Positions 9,945-19,966 of a DNA stretch of 64,000 nucleotides are shown here, one piece after another. Numbering within the stretch: the stretch's first letter is position 1; the number at the start of each line of letters is the position of its first letter. Both the position numbers and the translations under genes were made by a program. Source of the DNA: Alphaproteobacteria bacterium (GTDB taxonomy: Bacteria; Pseudomonadota; Alphaproteobacteria; UBA828); assembly GCA_965220745.1 (NCBI GenBank), contig CBDCQT010000011.1, forward strand, positions 384,001 to 448,000, in the 5' to 3' direction. The notes beneath the pieces are model-generated. The model was not told the DNA's origin. It worked only from the letters and a program-made list of their open reading frames with translations, and did no database searches.

Positions 9945-10704
9945 GCGCTGGCCCTCGCTTGCCGCCGAGCTGGTCGCGGAGCACGCGCGGCGGCACTTCG
10001 GCGATCTCTCCACGCGCAAGCCCGCCGAGCTGGAAGGGCCCGTAAGCCGTGCGGATGAGGCGGCTCACGGGCAGGCCGAGATGCGCGAGCACGATGCGGA
10101 TCTCCCGATTGCGGCCCTCGGCGAGCGCGACGGTGAGCCAGGCATTTTGGCGGTTTTGGCGATCGAGGCGCGCCTCGATGGGCCCGTAGCGGACGCTGTC
10201 CACCGTTATGCCATGCTCGAGGGCGGCGAGCGCGCTCTCCTCGGGTGTGCCACGCACCCGTACCCGATAGCGCCGCCGCCAGCCCCGCGACGGATGCTCC
10301 AGCTCGCGGGCGAGCGCGCCGTCGTTGGTCAGCAGTAGCAGCCCCTCGGAGTTGAAGTCCAGCCTTCCGACGGAGACGACGTAGCCGAGCAGCGCGGTCA
10401 CCTTCTCGAACACGGTCGGGCGGCCCTGCGGGTCGCGATGGCTGGTGATGAGGCCCGGCGGCTTGTGGTAGCGCCAGAGCCGGGCGGGTGCGGGCACCGG
10501 CAGGGGCGCGCCATCCACGGTGATGATGCTGGAGTCATCAACGTTGGTAGCCGGATTGCGCACGACCGTGCCGCCGAGGGCCACGCGACCGGCGGCGATC
10601 AGCCGCTCCGCGTCGCGGCGCGAGCAAACTCCGGCCCTGGCGATGTGCTTGGCGATGCGCTCGCCACGCCGGGCTGCTTCCGATCGCGGCCGCTCAGCCG
10701 CCAT
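9925..10704 (-). CDS. rRNA pseudouridine synthase, RsuA/RluB family, with S4 domain
   Basis: ERIAKHIARAGVCSRRDAE (S4), HKPPG, VGRLDFNSEGLLLLTNDG, EGRNREIR; start uncertain. Confidence 0.9.
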   Translation of the reverse strand: MAAERPRSEAARRGERIAKHIARAGVCSRRDAERLIAAGRVALGGTVVRNPATNVDDSSIITVDGAPLPVPAPARLWRYHKPPGLITSHRDPQGRPTVFEKVTALLGYVVSVGRLDFNSEGLLLLTNDGALARELEHPSRGWRRRYRVRVRGTPEESALAALEHGITVDSVRYGPIEARLDRQNRQNAWLTVALAEGRNREIRIVLAHLGLPVSRLIRTAYGPFQLGGLARGEIAEVPPRVLRDQLGGKRGPARADRRR

Positions 10705-10894
10705 GCCGCCATCCCGCATCGTGAGAGAGAGCCGCGCCGCACCTCGCTCGCGCGGCAAGACCCAGCGCCAGAGGGCCGATTATCGTGACATGAGGCGCGA
10801 GCGCGATCCAGCAAGCGGGGCATGCCGAATTTTGCGGTCGTGTGTCGCGGCCGTAACGCCCACCATCATCCACGCAGGAATGGCTGCTTCAAAC

Positions 10895-11007
10895 TTGCGC
10901 GTAGCATTTTGAGCAGCACAAATAACAGTATACGCAAAAATATCCTGCGCATAAGATTGAAAATTGCGCGTATGTGAGTTATGTTGCGCTTAAGTCTATA
11001 CGCGCAA
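10895..11007. promoter_or_regulatory. AT-rich upstream region with six copies of a TTGCGCRTA-like motif (putative operator array)
   Basis: TTGCGCGTA 10895, TATACGCAA (rc) 10929, CTGCGCATA 10945, TTGCGCGTA 10964, TTGCGCTTA 10984, TACGCGCAA (rc) 10999. Confidence 0.6.
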
Positions 11008-11021
11008 TATTGGGTGACAAT

Positions 11022-12437
11022 GTGGCTAGGCGCATCAGAGAAAAGGACCTGCAGGCGATAGAGAAGGTTGTGCGAAGGCATCCAGAAGGCATGACCGCGC
11101 GGGAGATTAGAAGGATTCTGGAGGCTCCACCGGCTCACCGCACCCTACAATATCGCCTCAAGTCTCTCGTCGACAACAATCGCCTGACGATGGAGGGCTC
11201 GGGCCGCTGGGCACGCTACCGCGTTCCTCGGGTCGTTCCAGTTGAGTTGCAGTTTGGTCCAGCCGACGTCTCGGCAAGCCTTGGCCTGAGCGTCATCGTC
11301 GAACCAAAACTCTCTGAGGCTGCCAGTGAAATCCGGGATTATGTGCGACAGCCGGTCGCTGCGCGCGAGCCGGTCGGATATGACACTGAGTTCCTCGGTG
11401 CGTACCGGCCTAACTACACCTTCTATCTTTCGCAGGTCGAGCGCGTACGACTCTGGGAGGTCGGCAAACCCGAGGTGGCTGAAGAGCCCGCCGGCACCCA
11501 TGCCAAGCGGATACTGAGCAGGCTCTTGATAGATCTCTCTTGGAATTCGAGCCGCCTGGAGGGCAACACGTATTCCCTGCTCGACACCGCGCGCCTGATC
11601 GAAGCGGGGGAGGAAGCGGAAGGAAGGGACCGGCGCGACGCGCAGATGATCATCAACCATAAGGAGGCTATCGCATTTCTCGTCGACACGGCGGGGGACA
11701 TCGGGTTCAACCGCTACACCATCCTCAATCTTCACGCGGTGCTGGCGGATAACCTGCTTCCAGACCCAGATGCAGCGGGCCGTCTCCGGCGCAGCGTCGT
11801 CGGTATCGCTTTCTCGGTCTATCACCCGCTGGAGGTGCCGCAGCTCATCGAGGAGTGCTTCGACCAAATTCTTGCCAAGGCTTCCTTGATCGACGACCCC
11901 TTTGAGCAGGCTTTGTTTGCGATGGTGCAGTTCCCCTATCTGCAGCCGTTCGAGGACGTCAACAAGCGGGTGTCCCGGCTCGCCGCCAACATCCCGCTAA
12001 TCAGGGCGAACTTAGCGCCGCTTTCCTTCGAGGACGTGCCGCGCGAGCTCTACACGGAAGCGGTGCTTGGCGTCTACGAGCTGAACCGGGTCGAGCTCCT
12101 TCGGGACGCATTCGTCTGGGCATACGAGCGGTCCGCACGTCGTTATGGCGCGATTCGGCAGTCGCTCGGCGAACCGGATCCTTTTCGGATGCGGCATCGG
12201 ACGGAAATGCGCACGCTAGTCTGCGACGTCGTTCGCGGAGGTATGGATAAAGGGGGGGCGAGCGACCATATCGCCGCGTGGGTGGAACAGCACGTCGATG
12301 AGCGGGAGCAGGAGCGATTTCGCGAAGTCGCTGAGCGAGAGCTGTTGAGCCTTCACAGCGGCAACTTCGCTCGCTATCGCGTCACGCCCGGCGAGTTCGC
12401 CGCCTGGCATGAGGCTTGGCAACAGCGAAAAGCGTAG
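11022..12437 (+). CDS. Fic-domain protein with N-terminal winged-HTH-like region and non-canonical Fic motif
   Basis: SWNSSRLEGNTYS, YLQPFEDVNKRVSRL (canonical motif is HPFxxGNGR); N-terminal RTLQYRLKSLV..GSGRWARY; lower GC than flanks; start GTG 11022 is tentative. Confidence 0.85.
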   Translation: MARRIREKDLQAIEKVVRRHPEGMTAREIRRILEAPPAHRTLQYRLKSLVDNNRLTMEGSGRWARYRVPRVVPVELQFGPADVSASLGLSVIVEPKLSEAASEIRDYVRQPVAAREPVGYDTEFLGAYRPNYTFYLSQVERVRLWEVGKPEVAEEPAGTHAKRILSRLLIDLSWNSSRLEGNTYSLLDTARLIEAGEEAEGRDRRDAQMIINHKEAIAFLVDTAGDIGFNRYTILNLHAVLADNLLPDPDAAGRLRRSVVGIAFSVYHPLEVPQLIEECFDQILAKASLIDDPFEQALFAMVQFPYLQPFEDVNKRVSRLAANIPLIRANLAPLSFEDVPRELYTEAVLGVYELNRVELLRDAFVWAYERSARRYGAIRQSLGEPDPFRMRHRTEMRTLVCDVVRGGMDKGGASDHIAAWVEQHVDEREQERFREVAERELLSLHSGNFARYRVTPGEFAAWHEAWQQRKA

Positions 12438-12660
12438 TCTCATCAAGCTCCCCGTGGTGCCGCGTAGGCCCCCACGCACGACGCCAGCCCACAAATCGAC
12501 CGGCGCAAATTGATTGCGCAGGCCGGGGTCTCGCTCTACTGTCACCATCCGGCCCCGAACCAGACGGCATCGCCTGCCTTTGCGGCCTTGATGGCGAGTG
12601 GAGCCCGCGTGCCGTCGCCAGGGAACGGGCCGGACCCGCGAACGATGCGCGGAGGGGAAT

Positions 12661-13329
12661 ATGTTCCGACGCAAGGGCGGAGATCAGGAAGAGGACAGTC
12701 GGGCTCAAGAGGGCGCCGAGGAGCGCCTCGCTCCCAGCGTCGTCGTGGAATCGTCGCGGCGCAATGTGCCGAACAAGACCGTCGTCTTTCACCCGGACGT
12801 GCCGCGCGGCGCACCCGATCCCGTGCCGGCTGATGCGCCGGGACGTGTGGAGAGTGATCCCAAGCGGCTCACCGTCGGGCGGGAGACGACCATCAGCGGC
12901 GGTACGGTGCTCGATTGCGAGCGCCTGACGGTCGAGGGCACGGTCGAAGCCTCGATGCCGGATGGGCGCCTGCTTGAGATCGTGAAGGGCGGCACCTTCA
13001 AGGGCACCGTGACGGTGGACAATGCCGATATCGCCGGGGCGTTCGAGGGTGAGCTCAAGGTGAAGAAGCGGCTCTTCATCAGGGCGTCGGGCCGCGTTTC
13101 GGGCACGATTCGCTATGGCCAGTTCGAGGTCGAGCGCGGCGGCCGCCTCGACGGCCGCCTCGAATACGACCCGGCGGACCGGGAGGCGGACCTGCAGCCG
13201 GTGGCGATGCCGCCGGCCGCCGACGCCCAAGAGCCGTCGGAGGAGGCTACCGAACCCGACCAGTTGGAGTTGAGTTCGAGCCCGGTCGAGCTTCCTTCCG
13301 TGGCCGCGTCCAAGCTGCGCGCTGACTAA
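12661..13329 (+). CDS. Bactofilin (polymer-forming cytoskeletal protein)
   Basis: GGAGG RBS; MFRRK N-terminus; beta-helix repeats LTVGRETTISG..LTVEGTVEA..ADIAGAFEGEL..GRVSGTIRYG..VERGGRLDG. Confidence 0.85.
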   Translation: MFRRKGGDQEEDSRAQEGAEERLAPSVVVESSRRNVPNKTVVFHPDVPRGAPDPVPADAPGRVESDPKRLTVGRETTISGGTVLDCERLTVEGTVEASMPDGRLLEIVKGGTFKGTVTVDNADIAGAFEGELKVKKRLFIRASGRVSGTIRYGQFEVERGGRLDGRLEYDPADREADLQPVAMPPAADAQEPSEEATEPDQLELSSSPVELPSVAASKLRAD

Positions 13330-13474
13330 AGCGCTTCCATTTCACACGGAAACGCTTTAGCAATTTGTCGCTCACGGCAGCCGGCCTTCGGCCGGTGCCT
13401 CCGCGAGGGCGCCGCATTAGCGGCGGGCCGCAGTCGCGGCCTGTCGCGCGTCCGTCCAAGACGGACGCGCTCTA
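13326..13474. repeat. ~149-bp multi-hairpin dispersed repeat, copy 1 (MITE/CIR-like or structured RNA)
   Basis: Ungapped match to 47585-47733 (about 20 mismatches by eye); six stem-loops; termini overlap the stop codons of both flanking convergent genes. Confidence 0.9.
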
Positions 13475-14104
13475 AGCCGTCTTTCCCTTATAGCGGCAGA
13501 GGTCCCGAACGACGCAGGCCGGGCAATCCGGCGTCCTTGCCTTGCAGACATAGCGGCCGTGCAGGATCAGCCAATGATGCGCGTGCTGCTTGAAGCGGTC
13601 GGGCACGACTTTGTTCAGGCCGTCCTCCACCGCGCGCGGCGTCTTTCCCGGCGCGAGGCCGCTACGGTTCGCGAGCCGGAATATGTGGGTATCGACCGCG
13701 ATGGTGGGCTCGCCGAAGACCGTGTTGAGCACCACGTTCGCCGTCTTGCGGCCGACACCGGGGAGCGCCTCGAGCGCCGCCCGGTCGCTTGGCACGGCGC
13801 CCCCGTGTTCCTCGACCAGCGCCTGGCTTAGCGCGATCACGTTCTTGGCCTTCATGTTGTAGAGGCCGATGGTCTTGATGTGCTCCTTGAGCCGCGCTTC
13901 GCCGAGGGCGACCATCTCCGCCGGCGTTTCGACCTCCTCGAAGAGCGACTTGGTGGCCTTGTTGACGCCCTTGTCGGTCGCCTGCGCAGACAGCACCACG
14001 GCGACCAGCAGCGTGTAGGGGTTTCGGTAGTCAAGCTCGGTGGTCGGCGCCTCGATGCACGCGGCGAGGCGTTCGAAGAATTCGGTGACCGCTGCCTTTT
14101 TCAT
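13472..14104 (-). CDS. nth: Endonuclease III
   Basis: LLVAVVLSAQATD, LPGVGRKTANVVL, AVDTHIFR, 4Fe-4S motif C-x6-C-x2-C-x5-C. Confidence 0.95.
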   Translation of the reverse strand: MKKAAVTEFFERLAACIEAPTTELDYRNPYTLLVAVVLSAQATDKGVNKATKSLFEEVETPAEMVALGEARLKEHIKTIGLYNMKAKNVIALSQALVEEHGGAVPSDRAALEALPGVGRKTANVVLNTVFGEPTIAVDTHIFRLANRSGLAPGKTPRAVEDGLNKVVPDRFKQHAHHWLILHGRYVCKARTPDCPACVVRDLCRYKGKTA

Positions 14105-14237
14105 GACGCACGGAGAGTAACCCGCCGCGCAGCCGGGGCAAGGGGGAGGGCCGATCGCGGAAATTCGCCGAACGCCCGGCATACCTCCTTCCAGCGACAG
14201 GCATAATCCCGTACTCTAGAGCGCGACAGGGGCCCCC

Positions 14238-14266
14238 TTGACAAGCGGTGCGAACCAAACTAGAAC
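14238..14266 (+). promoter_or_regulatory. sigma70 promoter of lexA overlapped by an alphaproteobacterial SOS box
   Basis: TTGACA (14238-43), 17 bp, TAGAAC (14261-66); GAAC-CAAACTA-GAAC at 14252-14266 matches GAAC-N7-GAAC. Confidence 0.85.
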
Positions 14267-14277
14267 ATATGCAGACG

Positions 14278-14292
14278 GTTTCCCTTTTGTTC
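14278..14292 (+). promoter_or_regulatory. Second, degenerate SOS box
   Basis: GTTT-CCCTTTT-GTTC, one mismatch to GTTC-N7-GTTC, between the promoter and the lexA start. Confidence 0.6.
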
Positions 14293-14311
14293 GATTTCGC
14301 GGAGTTTGCCG

Positions 14312-15019
14312 ATGCTGACCAGGAAACAAAAGGAACTCCTGCTTTTCATCGATTCCTATCTTGATCAACGCGGCATCGCTCCTTCGTTCGAGGAAATGAA
14401 GGAAGCGGTCAATCTCAAGTCCAAGTCCGGTATCCACAGGCTCGTCAAGGCGCTTGAGGAGCGCGGATTCCTGCGACGATTGCCGCATCGGGCGCGGGCG
14501 CTGGAAGTATTGAGGCCGCCACCCTCCCGCGTTGCCGAGGTGCCGGAGCGGCAACCGAGCCGGCGCTTCCGGCCGAGCGTCATCAAGGGCGATTTCCGTT
14601 CCGGACGGGGCACCGAGCGGCCATCAGACGATCGGGCGATCGTTGCGCTGCCGCTCTATGGCCGCATTGCCGCCGGCACGCCGATCGAGGCATTGCGCGA
14701 CGAGACCAACCAGATCGATGTTCCGGGCGGAATGCTGGGGGCAGGCGAGCATTACGCCCTCGAAGTCGACGGCGATTCGATGATCGACATCGGAATTCTG
14801 GACGGCGACACCGCCGTGATCGAACGCTGCGAGACCGCCGAGAGCGGCGACATTGTCGTGGCTTTGGTGGATGATAGCGAAGTCACGCTCAAGCGGCTGC
14901 GGCAGAAGGGCGAGTCGGTTGCGCTGGAGCCCGCGAACACGCGCTACGAGACGCGGATTTTCGGCCCCGGCCGGGTCAAGGTGCAGGGGCGGCTCAAGGG
15001 CATCCTCCGCAACTACTGA
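14312..15019 (+). CDS. lexA: SOS repressor LexA
   Basis: [26 protein letters not shown], cleavage site IAAG, GDSM, VTLKR. Confidence 0.97.
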   Translation: MLTRKQKELLLFIDSYLDQRGIAPSFEEMKEAVNLKSKSGIHRLVKALEERGFLRRLPHRARALEVLRPPPSRVAEVPERQPSRRFRPSVIKGDFRSGRGTERPSDDRAIVALPLYGRIAAGTPIEALRDETNQIDVPGGMLGAGEHYALEVDGDSMIDIGILDGDTAVIERCETAESGDIVVALVDDSEVTLKRLRQKGESVALEPANTRYETRIFGPGRVKVQGRLKGILRNY

Positions 15020-15030
15020 GCCGTTTCCCG

Positions 15031-17139
15031 TTAGCGCTCCGGCACGCGCCGGGCGACCCACGGTCGCTTTCCGCGCGTCCTCGCCACGCTTTCGACACGG
15101 GCGCGGTCTCCGTTCAGCCATATCGCGTGGCTGCCGCCGCGCCAGAGATCGAACCTGTCCACCACCGTCTCGGGACCTTCGCACAGATCCCAGGCGGGAA
15201 CCGTGCTGACGACTAGGTCGGCGCGGCTGCAGTCCTCCTCGAACGCGCGCGGATCACGCACGAACGCGATCGTTCGATCGCCGCGCCGCTGGATGCAGCC
15301 GAGCGTATCGCAGCGAATGCCGGCGGCTGGCGCGCCCTTGCCGCCTCGCGGCCAGGTGGGCGCCTCCGCCTGCCCGTCCCGCCTCAGCCACACGTCGCTC
15401 ACGAAGCGCCCGCGCTGACGGGTCGAAATCCAGAGTCGTCCATCCTCGCCGCGCGTTGCCATCACGCGGGCGTCGCCATCAATCAGGATGTCCGGCCTCC
15501 GCTCCAGGCCGGCGAGCGCGATCCCGCCGCCGATTACGACGACCCCGAGGAAGCGCCAGCGGCTGCGCCAGAGGCAGAGCCACAATCCGCCGACCGAGAT
15601 CGCGAGCAAGGCCGCGGCCGGCATTGCCGGAACGAGGCTGACCGCGCCCGGCTGCGCCGCGACCTGGCGCGCGATCCAGACCACCGCGTCGATCCCCCAG
15701 CCCATTGGGGTAAGGGCAATCCCTTCGAGCCCGAACGGCATCAAGATGAGCGCAACCAGCCCCCAGGGCATGATCCAGAAGCCGGTGATCGGCACCGCGC
15801 CGAGATTGGCGAGTAGCCCGTAGTCCGCGATGCGGTTGAAGTGGTAGACCGCGAAAGGGCCGGTGGCGATGCCAGCCACCAGGGAGGTGAGCGTGACGCC
15901 GGCCGCGTAGACCACGGGACGGAGCACGAGGCCGCCGCGTGCCGCCATTCGGGCGAAGAGGCCCCGCGCCGCTTCGTAGGTCGCGATCAGGGCGGTGGCT
16001 GCGGCGAAGGACATCTGGAAGCTCGGCCCGAGCATGCTTTCGGGCGCGATTGCGAGCACCAACAGCGCTGCCCAGGCGATCAGCCGCATGGAGAGGCTCG
16101 CCCGGTCCAGCATGATCGCGACCAGCACGACGCCCACCATGACGAAGGCCCGCTGGGTCGGCACGCTCATGCCGGAGAGCAGCAGGTATGCCGCCGCACC
16201 CAGCAGGGCGCAGGCCGCAGCCCACTTCTTGATCGGCGCTCTGAGCGCCACCGGTTCGATCAGCGCCAGCAGGCCACGCGTGGCGAAGAAGATGAATCCA
16301 GCGATCAGGCCCACATGGAGCCCCGAAATCGCCAGCAGGTGGGCAAGGCCGGAATCCCGCATCGCCTTGAGCGCGGTCTTCTCGATGGCGCTGCGGTCGC
16401 CGGTGAGCAGCGCTGCCGCGAACGGCCCCGCCGAGGCCGACGTGTGCGCGAGGATTCGCGAGGAGACCCAATAGCGGACCCTCGACAGCAGCGAGAGCAG
16501 GCCGCCGCTTTCACCTTCAGGGGCGGCCATCGGCTCGGGCGCGCCGTAGACGAAGCCGACCGCGCCGATGCGCTGGAACCACGCCCGCCGCGCAAAGTCC
16601 CACGCACCCGGCTCCGCCGGCGTCGGCGGCGGCCGTAACGAGGCCAGCGCGGTGAGCCATGATCCCGGGGAGGCCAGACCGTCGTCGCCCGAGCGCCGCA
16701 CGCTGAGGCGCACCTTCGCGGGCGTCGCCGCCGGGGCCAAGCCTTCGATCGTCACGCGATCGAGGAGGTAGCGCTGTGGACCGTCGCCGGCGCCCACCCA
16801 GACCACGCGCCCGGAGACGTCGACCGGGCCAGTGGGGCCCGCGAGCACCGGGGCGCTGACCCGGTCGGAACGCCAGTCGGCGCAGGCGACGCCGGCAGCG
16901 AGAAGCGCCAGCGCCGCGAGCCCGAGGGCCGGTGCCGTGTGCCGGCGCATGAGCAGCGCGGCGACGGCGAGGAGCCCGGCCGCCACTGGTGAGACCCAGC
17001 CGATCGGCTCGGCTGGCAGCGTAAGGTAGAGGCCGCTGCCCGCGCCGAAGAGGATCGGCACCCAGAGGAACACGCGGCGACGCTCGGCGGCCCACGCCGC
17101 ATCGAAATGGATGCGCAGGCTGGCCGCGCGCCTCAACAC
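15031..17139 (-). CDS. comEC: ComEC/Rec2 competence protein
   Basis: [28 protein letters not shown], multiple TM segments; usual position between lexA and gltX. Confidence 0.9.
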   Translation of the reverse strand: MLRRAASLRIHFDAAWAAERRRVFLWVPILFGAGSGLYLTLPAEPIGWVSPVAAGLLAVAALLMRRHTAPALGLAALALLAAGVACADWRSDRVSAPVLAGPTGPVDVSGRVVWVGAGDGPQRYLLDRVTIEGLAPAATPAKVRLSVRRSGDDGLASPGSWLTALASLRPPPTPAEPGAWDFARRAWFQRIGAVGFVYGAPEPMAAPEGESGGLLSLLSRVRYWVSSRILAHTSASAGPFAAALLTGDRSAIEKTALKAMRDSGLAHLLAISGLHVGLIAGFIFFATRGLLALIEPVALRAPIKKWAAACALLGAAAYLLLSGMSVPTQRAFVMVGVVLVAIMLDRASLSMRLIAWAALLVLAIAPESMLGPSFQMSFAAATALIATYEAARGLFARMAARGGLVLRPVVYAAGVTLTSLVAGIATGPFAVYHFNRIADYGLLANLGAVPITGFWIMPWGLVALILMPFGLEGIALTPMGWGIDAVVWIARQVAAQPGAVSLVPAMPAAALLAISVGGLWLCLWRSRWRFLGVVVIGGGIALAGLERRPDILIDGDARVMATRGEDGRLWISTRQRGRFVSDVWLRRDGQAEAPTWPRGGKGAPAAGIRCDTLGCIQRRGDRTIAFVRDPRAFEEDCSRADLVVSTVPAWDLCEGPETVVDRFDLWRGGSHAIWLNGDRARVESVARTRGKRPWVARRVPER

Positions 17140-17267
17140 GTGGGCGACATTCTGTAGCCATGCAGCCGATGGCCGGCCGGTCGCCTGTCGTCGGGCGATA
17201 TGCTAAACGCTCGACCGTTCAGACCCGTGGCGAACGGCCGGGTCGTCTGCCGGGGGTGAGACCGCAC

Positions 17268-18677
17268 ATGAGCGTCGTCACGCGCTTCGCGCCATCGCCG
17301 ACCGGCGTGCTGCACCTCGGCGGCGCGCGCACTGCCCTCTTCAACTGGCTCTACGCGCGCCATCACGGCGGCAGCTTCCGACTGCGGCTGGAGGACACCG
17401 ACCGCAAGCGCTCAACGCCGGAGGCGATCGCCGCCATCGTCGACGGGCTTGCGTGGCTCGGTCTGGATTGGGACGGCGAGATCGTGCGCCAATCCGAGCG
17501 CAGGCAGCGCCACGTTGACGTCGCGCACGACCTGCTCGCGGCTGGCGGGGCCTACCGCTGCTACTGCACGCCCGAAGAGCTGGAGGCGATGCGCGCCGAG
17601 GCCCGTGCCGCCGGCCGCGCGGCTCTCTACGACGGGCGCTGGCGGGACCGCGACCCGGCGGAGGCGCCGCCCGGCATTGATCCCGTAATCCGCTTTCGGG
17701 CGCCGCAGGAAGGGGAAACACGGATATCTGATTTGGTACAACGTGATATCAAAATAGATAACACAGCTCTCGACGACATGGTACTGCTACGCGCCGACGG
17801 CACGCCGACCTACATGCTCTCGGTAGTGGTGGACGACCACGACATGGGGATCACCCATGCCATCCGGGGCGACGACCACCTTACCAACGCCTTTCGCCAG
17901 ACTCAGCTTTTCCGCGCGCTCGGCTGGGAGCCGCCGGCCTACGCCCATATCCCGCTGATCCACGGCCCCGACGGCGCCAAGCTCTCCAAGCGCCACGGCG
18001 CGGTTGCCGTCGGAGCCTATGCCGAGCTCGGCATTCTGCCCGCCGCCATGCGCAATGCGCTGCTCAGGCTCGGCTGGAGCCACGGCGATGACGAGATCAT
18101 CGACACCGCCCAGGCGATTGCCTGGTTCGACCTCGACGCGGTGAACCGCGGCGCGGCGCGCTTCGACATGGAGAAGCTGCAGAGCCTCAACGGCCACTAC
18201 ATCCGCGAGAGCGCCGATTCCGAGCTGCTGGCTGATGTCGAACGAAGGCTCGCCGCGCGCTACCCGACTGCCGCCACGGATGAGGGGCGAAGGCGCATCA
18301 TGGCCCTGCTGCCCGAGGCCAAGGCGCGCGCGAAGACGCTGGTCGAGCTCGCCGACAACCTAGCGTTCCTGGTCTGCGACCGGCCCCTGCAGATGACGTC
18401 CAAGGCGGCGCGGCTGCTGGGCGACGAGGACAGCGAAGCACGGGCCCGCCTCGGCCGTCTGAACGCCGCCCTGCAGGGTATTGCGGCCTGGAGCGAGGCG
18501 GACCTCGAAACCGCGGTCCGCAATTTTGCCGAGGACGAAGGCGTCGGGCTCGGCGCCATCGCGCAGCCGCTCAGGGCGGCCTTAACGGGCGCGCACGCGT
18601 CACCCGGCATCTTCGCCGTCATGGCCGCGCTCGGCCGGGAGGAAACCCTGGCCCGCCTCGCGGACGCCGGGGGCTAA
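17268..18677 (+). CDS. gltX: Glutamate--tRNA ligase
   Basis: [12 protein letters not shown] (HIGH), EDTD, IRGDDH, KLSKRHG (KMSKS), SPGIF. Confidence 0.97.
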   Translation: MSVVTRFAPSPTGVLHLGGARTALFNWLYARHHGGSFRLRLEDTDRKRSTPEAIAAIVDGLAWLGLDWDGEIVRQSERRQRHVDVAHDLLAAGGAYRCYCTPEELEAMRAEARAAGRAALYDGRWRDRDPAEAPPGIDPVIRFRAPQEGETRISDLVQRDIKIDNTALDDMVLLRADGTPTYMLSVVVDDHDMGITHAIRGDDHLTNAFRQTQLFRALGWEPPAYAHIPLIHGPDGAKLSKRHGAVAVGAYAELGILPAAMRNALLRLGWSHGDDEIIDTAQAIAWFDLDAVNRGAARFDMEKLQSLNGHYIRESADSELLADVERRLAARYPTAATDEGRRRIMALLPEAKARAKTLVELADNLAFLVCDRPLQMTSKAARLLGDEDSEARARLGRLNAALQGIAAWSEADLETAVRNFAEDEGVGLGAIAQPLRAALTGAHASPGIFAVMAALGREETLARLADAGG

Positions 18678-18691
18678 GGGAGGAGCGATCG

Positions 18692-19945
18692 ATGACGGAC
18701 GAGCGGGTCGATCTCGCGATCACGGGCGCGCACCTCTGGCGGGAGGACGCGCCGCGCGACCTCTTCGTCACGGACGGCCGCTTCGTGCCCGGACCCTCCG
18801 GCGGTGCGGCCGCGGCCGAGCGCACCATCGATGCCGGCGGGCGCCTCTGCGTGGCGGGCTTCCTGGAGCCTCATATCCATCTCGACAAGGCGCAGATCAA
18901 CGACGATGTCAGGCCCAACGCCTCCGGCACCCTCGACGAGGCCATCGAGATCATATGGGCGCGCAAGCGCGCCTACACGGTCGACGAAATCGCGGCGCGC
19001 GCGGTGCGGACCATCCGCGCAGCCGTCGCTCACGGGGTCACGCGCTTTCGCAGCCATGTCGATGTAGACAGCATCGGCGGCCTCCGCCCGTTGGAAGGCG
19101 TGGTCGAAGCGCGCGAGCGCACCCGCGACATTGCCGACATTCAGATCGTGGCCTTTCCGCAGGAGGGCATCTTCAAGGACAAGGGCACCGACGATCTCAT
19201 GTGGAAGGCGATGGAGGCGGGCGCCGATCTGGTCGGTGGCATGCCCTTCAACGAGAAATCACCTGCCGACAGCGCTCGCCATATCGCACTCGCCTTCGAG
19301 ATCGCGAGGCACCACGACGCCGACATCGACATGCACGTGGACGAGACCGACGACCCAAACGCCAGGACGCTCGAAGTTCTGGCTGAGCAGACCATGCAGA
19401 ACGGCTGGCAGGGGCGGGTCACCGCGGGCCACACCTGCGCGCTGGCTGGCTACGAGGAGGACTACGCCAACCGCGTGATCGGTCTCGTGCGTGAGGCCGG
19501 CATCCATATGATCGTGAACCCGGCGACCAACCTCATGCTCCAGGGACGGGGCGATGCACAGCCGAAGCGGCGCGGCATCACCCGCGTGAAGGAACTGCTA
19601 GAGGCCGGCGTCAACGTCTCCTGCGGGCAGGACTGCATCCGCGATACCTTCTACCCCTTCGGACGCGCCGATCCGCTGGAGGTGATGTTCCTCGCGAGCC
19701 ACGCCGCGCACATGAGCCGGCCGCACGAGATCGAGACGGTCTTCGACATGCAGACCGGCGCCGCGGCCCGCACCATGGGGCTCGACGACTACGGCGTGGA
19801 ACCAGGTTGCGTTGCCGACCTGGCGATCATCGACGCTGCCGATCCGCTGGAGGCGCTGACCAGGCGGGCGGACCGCACCCACGTCATCAAGCGCGGCAGG
19901 GTGGTCGCCGAGACCGTGACCCGGCGGCGCACCGCGTGGTCCTGA
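18692..19945 (+). CDS. Metal-dependent amidohydrolase, cytosine deaminase/AtzC-like
   Basis: EPHIHLDK, FPQEG, MHVDETDD, GHTCAL, NPATN, GQDCIRDTFYPFG; strong GGAGGAG RBS. Confidence 0.85.
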   Translation: MTDERVDLAITGAHLWREDAPRDLFVTDGRFVPGPSGGAAAAERTIDAGGRLCVAGFLEPHIHLDKAQINDDVRPNASGTLDEAIEIIWARKRAYTVDEIAARAVRTIRAAVAHGVTRFRSHVDVDSIGGLRPLEGVVEARERTRDIADIQIVAFPQEGIFKDKGTDDLMWKAMEAGADLVGGMPFNEKSPADSARHIALAFEIARHHDADIDMHVDETDDPNARTLEVLAEQTMQNGWQGRVTAGHTCALAGYEEDYANRVIGLVREAGIHMIVNPATNLMLQGRGDAQPKRRGITRVKELLEAGVNVSCGQDCIRDTFYPFGRADPLEVMFLASHAAHMSRPHEIETVFDMQTGAAARTMGLDDYGVEPGCVADLAIIDAADPLEALTRRADRTHVIKRGRVVAETVTRRRTAWS

Positions 19946-19966
19946 GGCCGCTGGGGGAGAAACGAC

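Noticed and set aside
10943-10990. dif/Xer site (CTGCGCATAA.. and ..TTATGTT resemble XerC/XerD arms)
   Set aside because: The arms are not in the 11-6-11 geometry; better explained by the repeated operator-like motif
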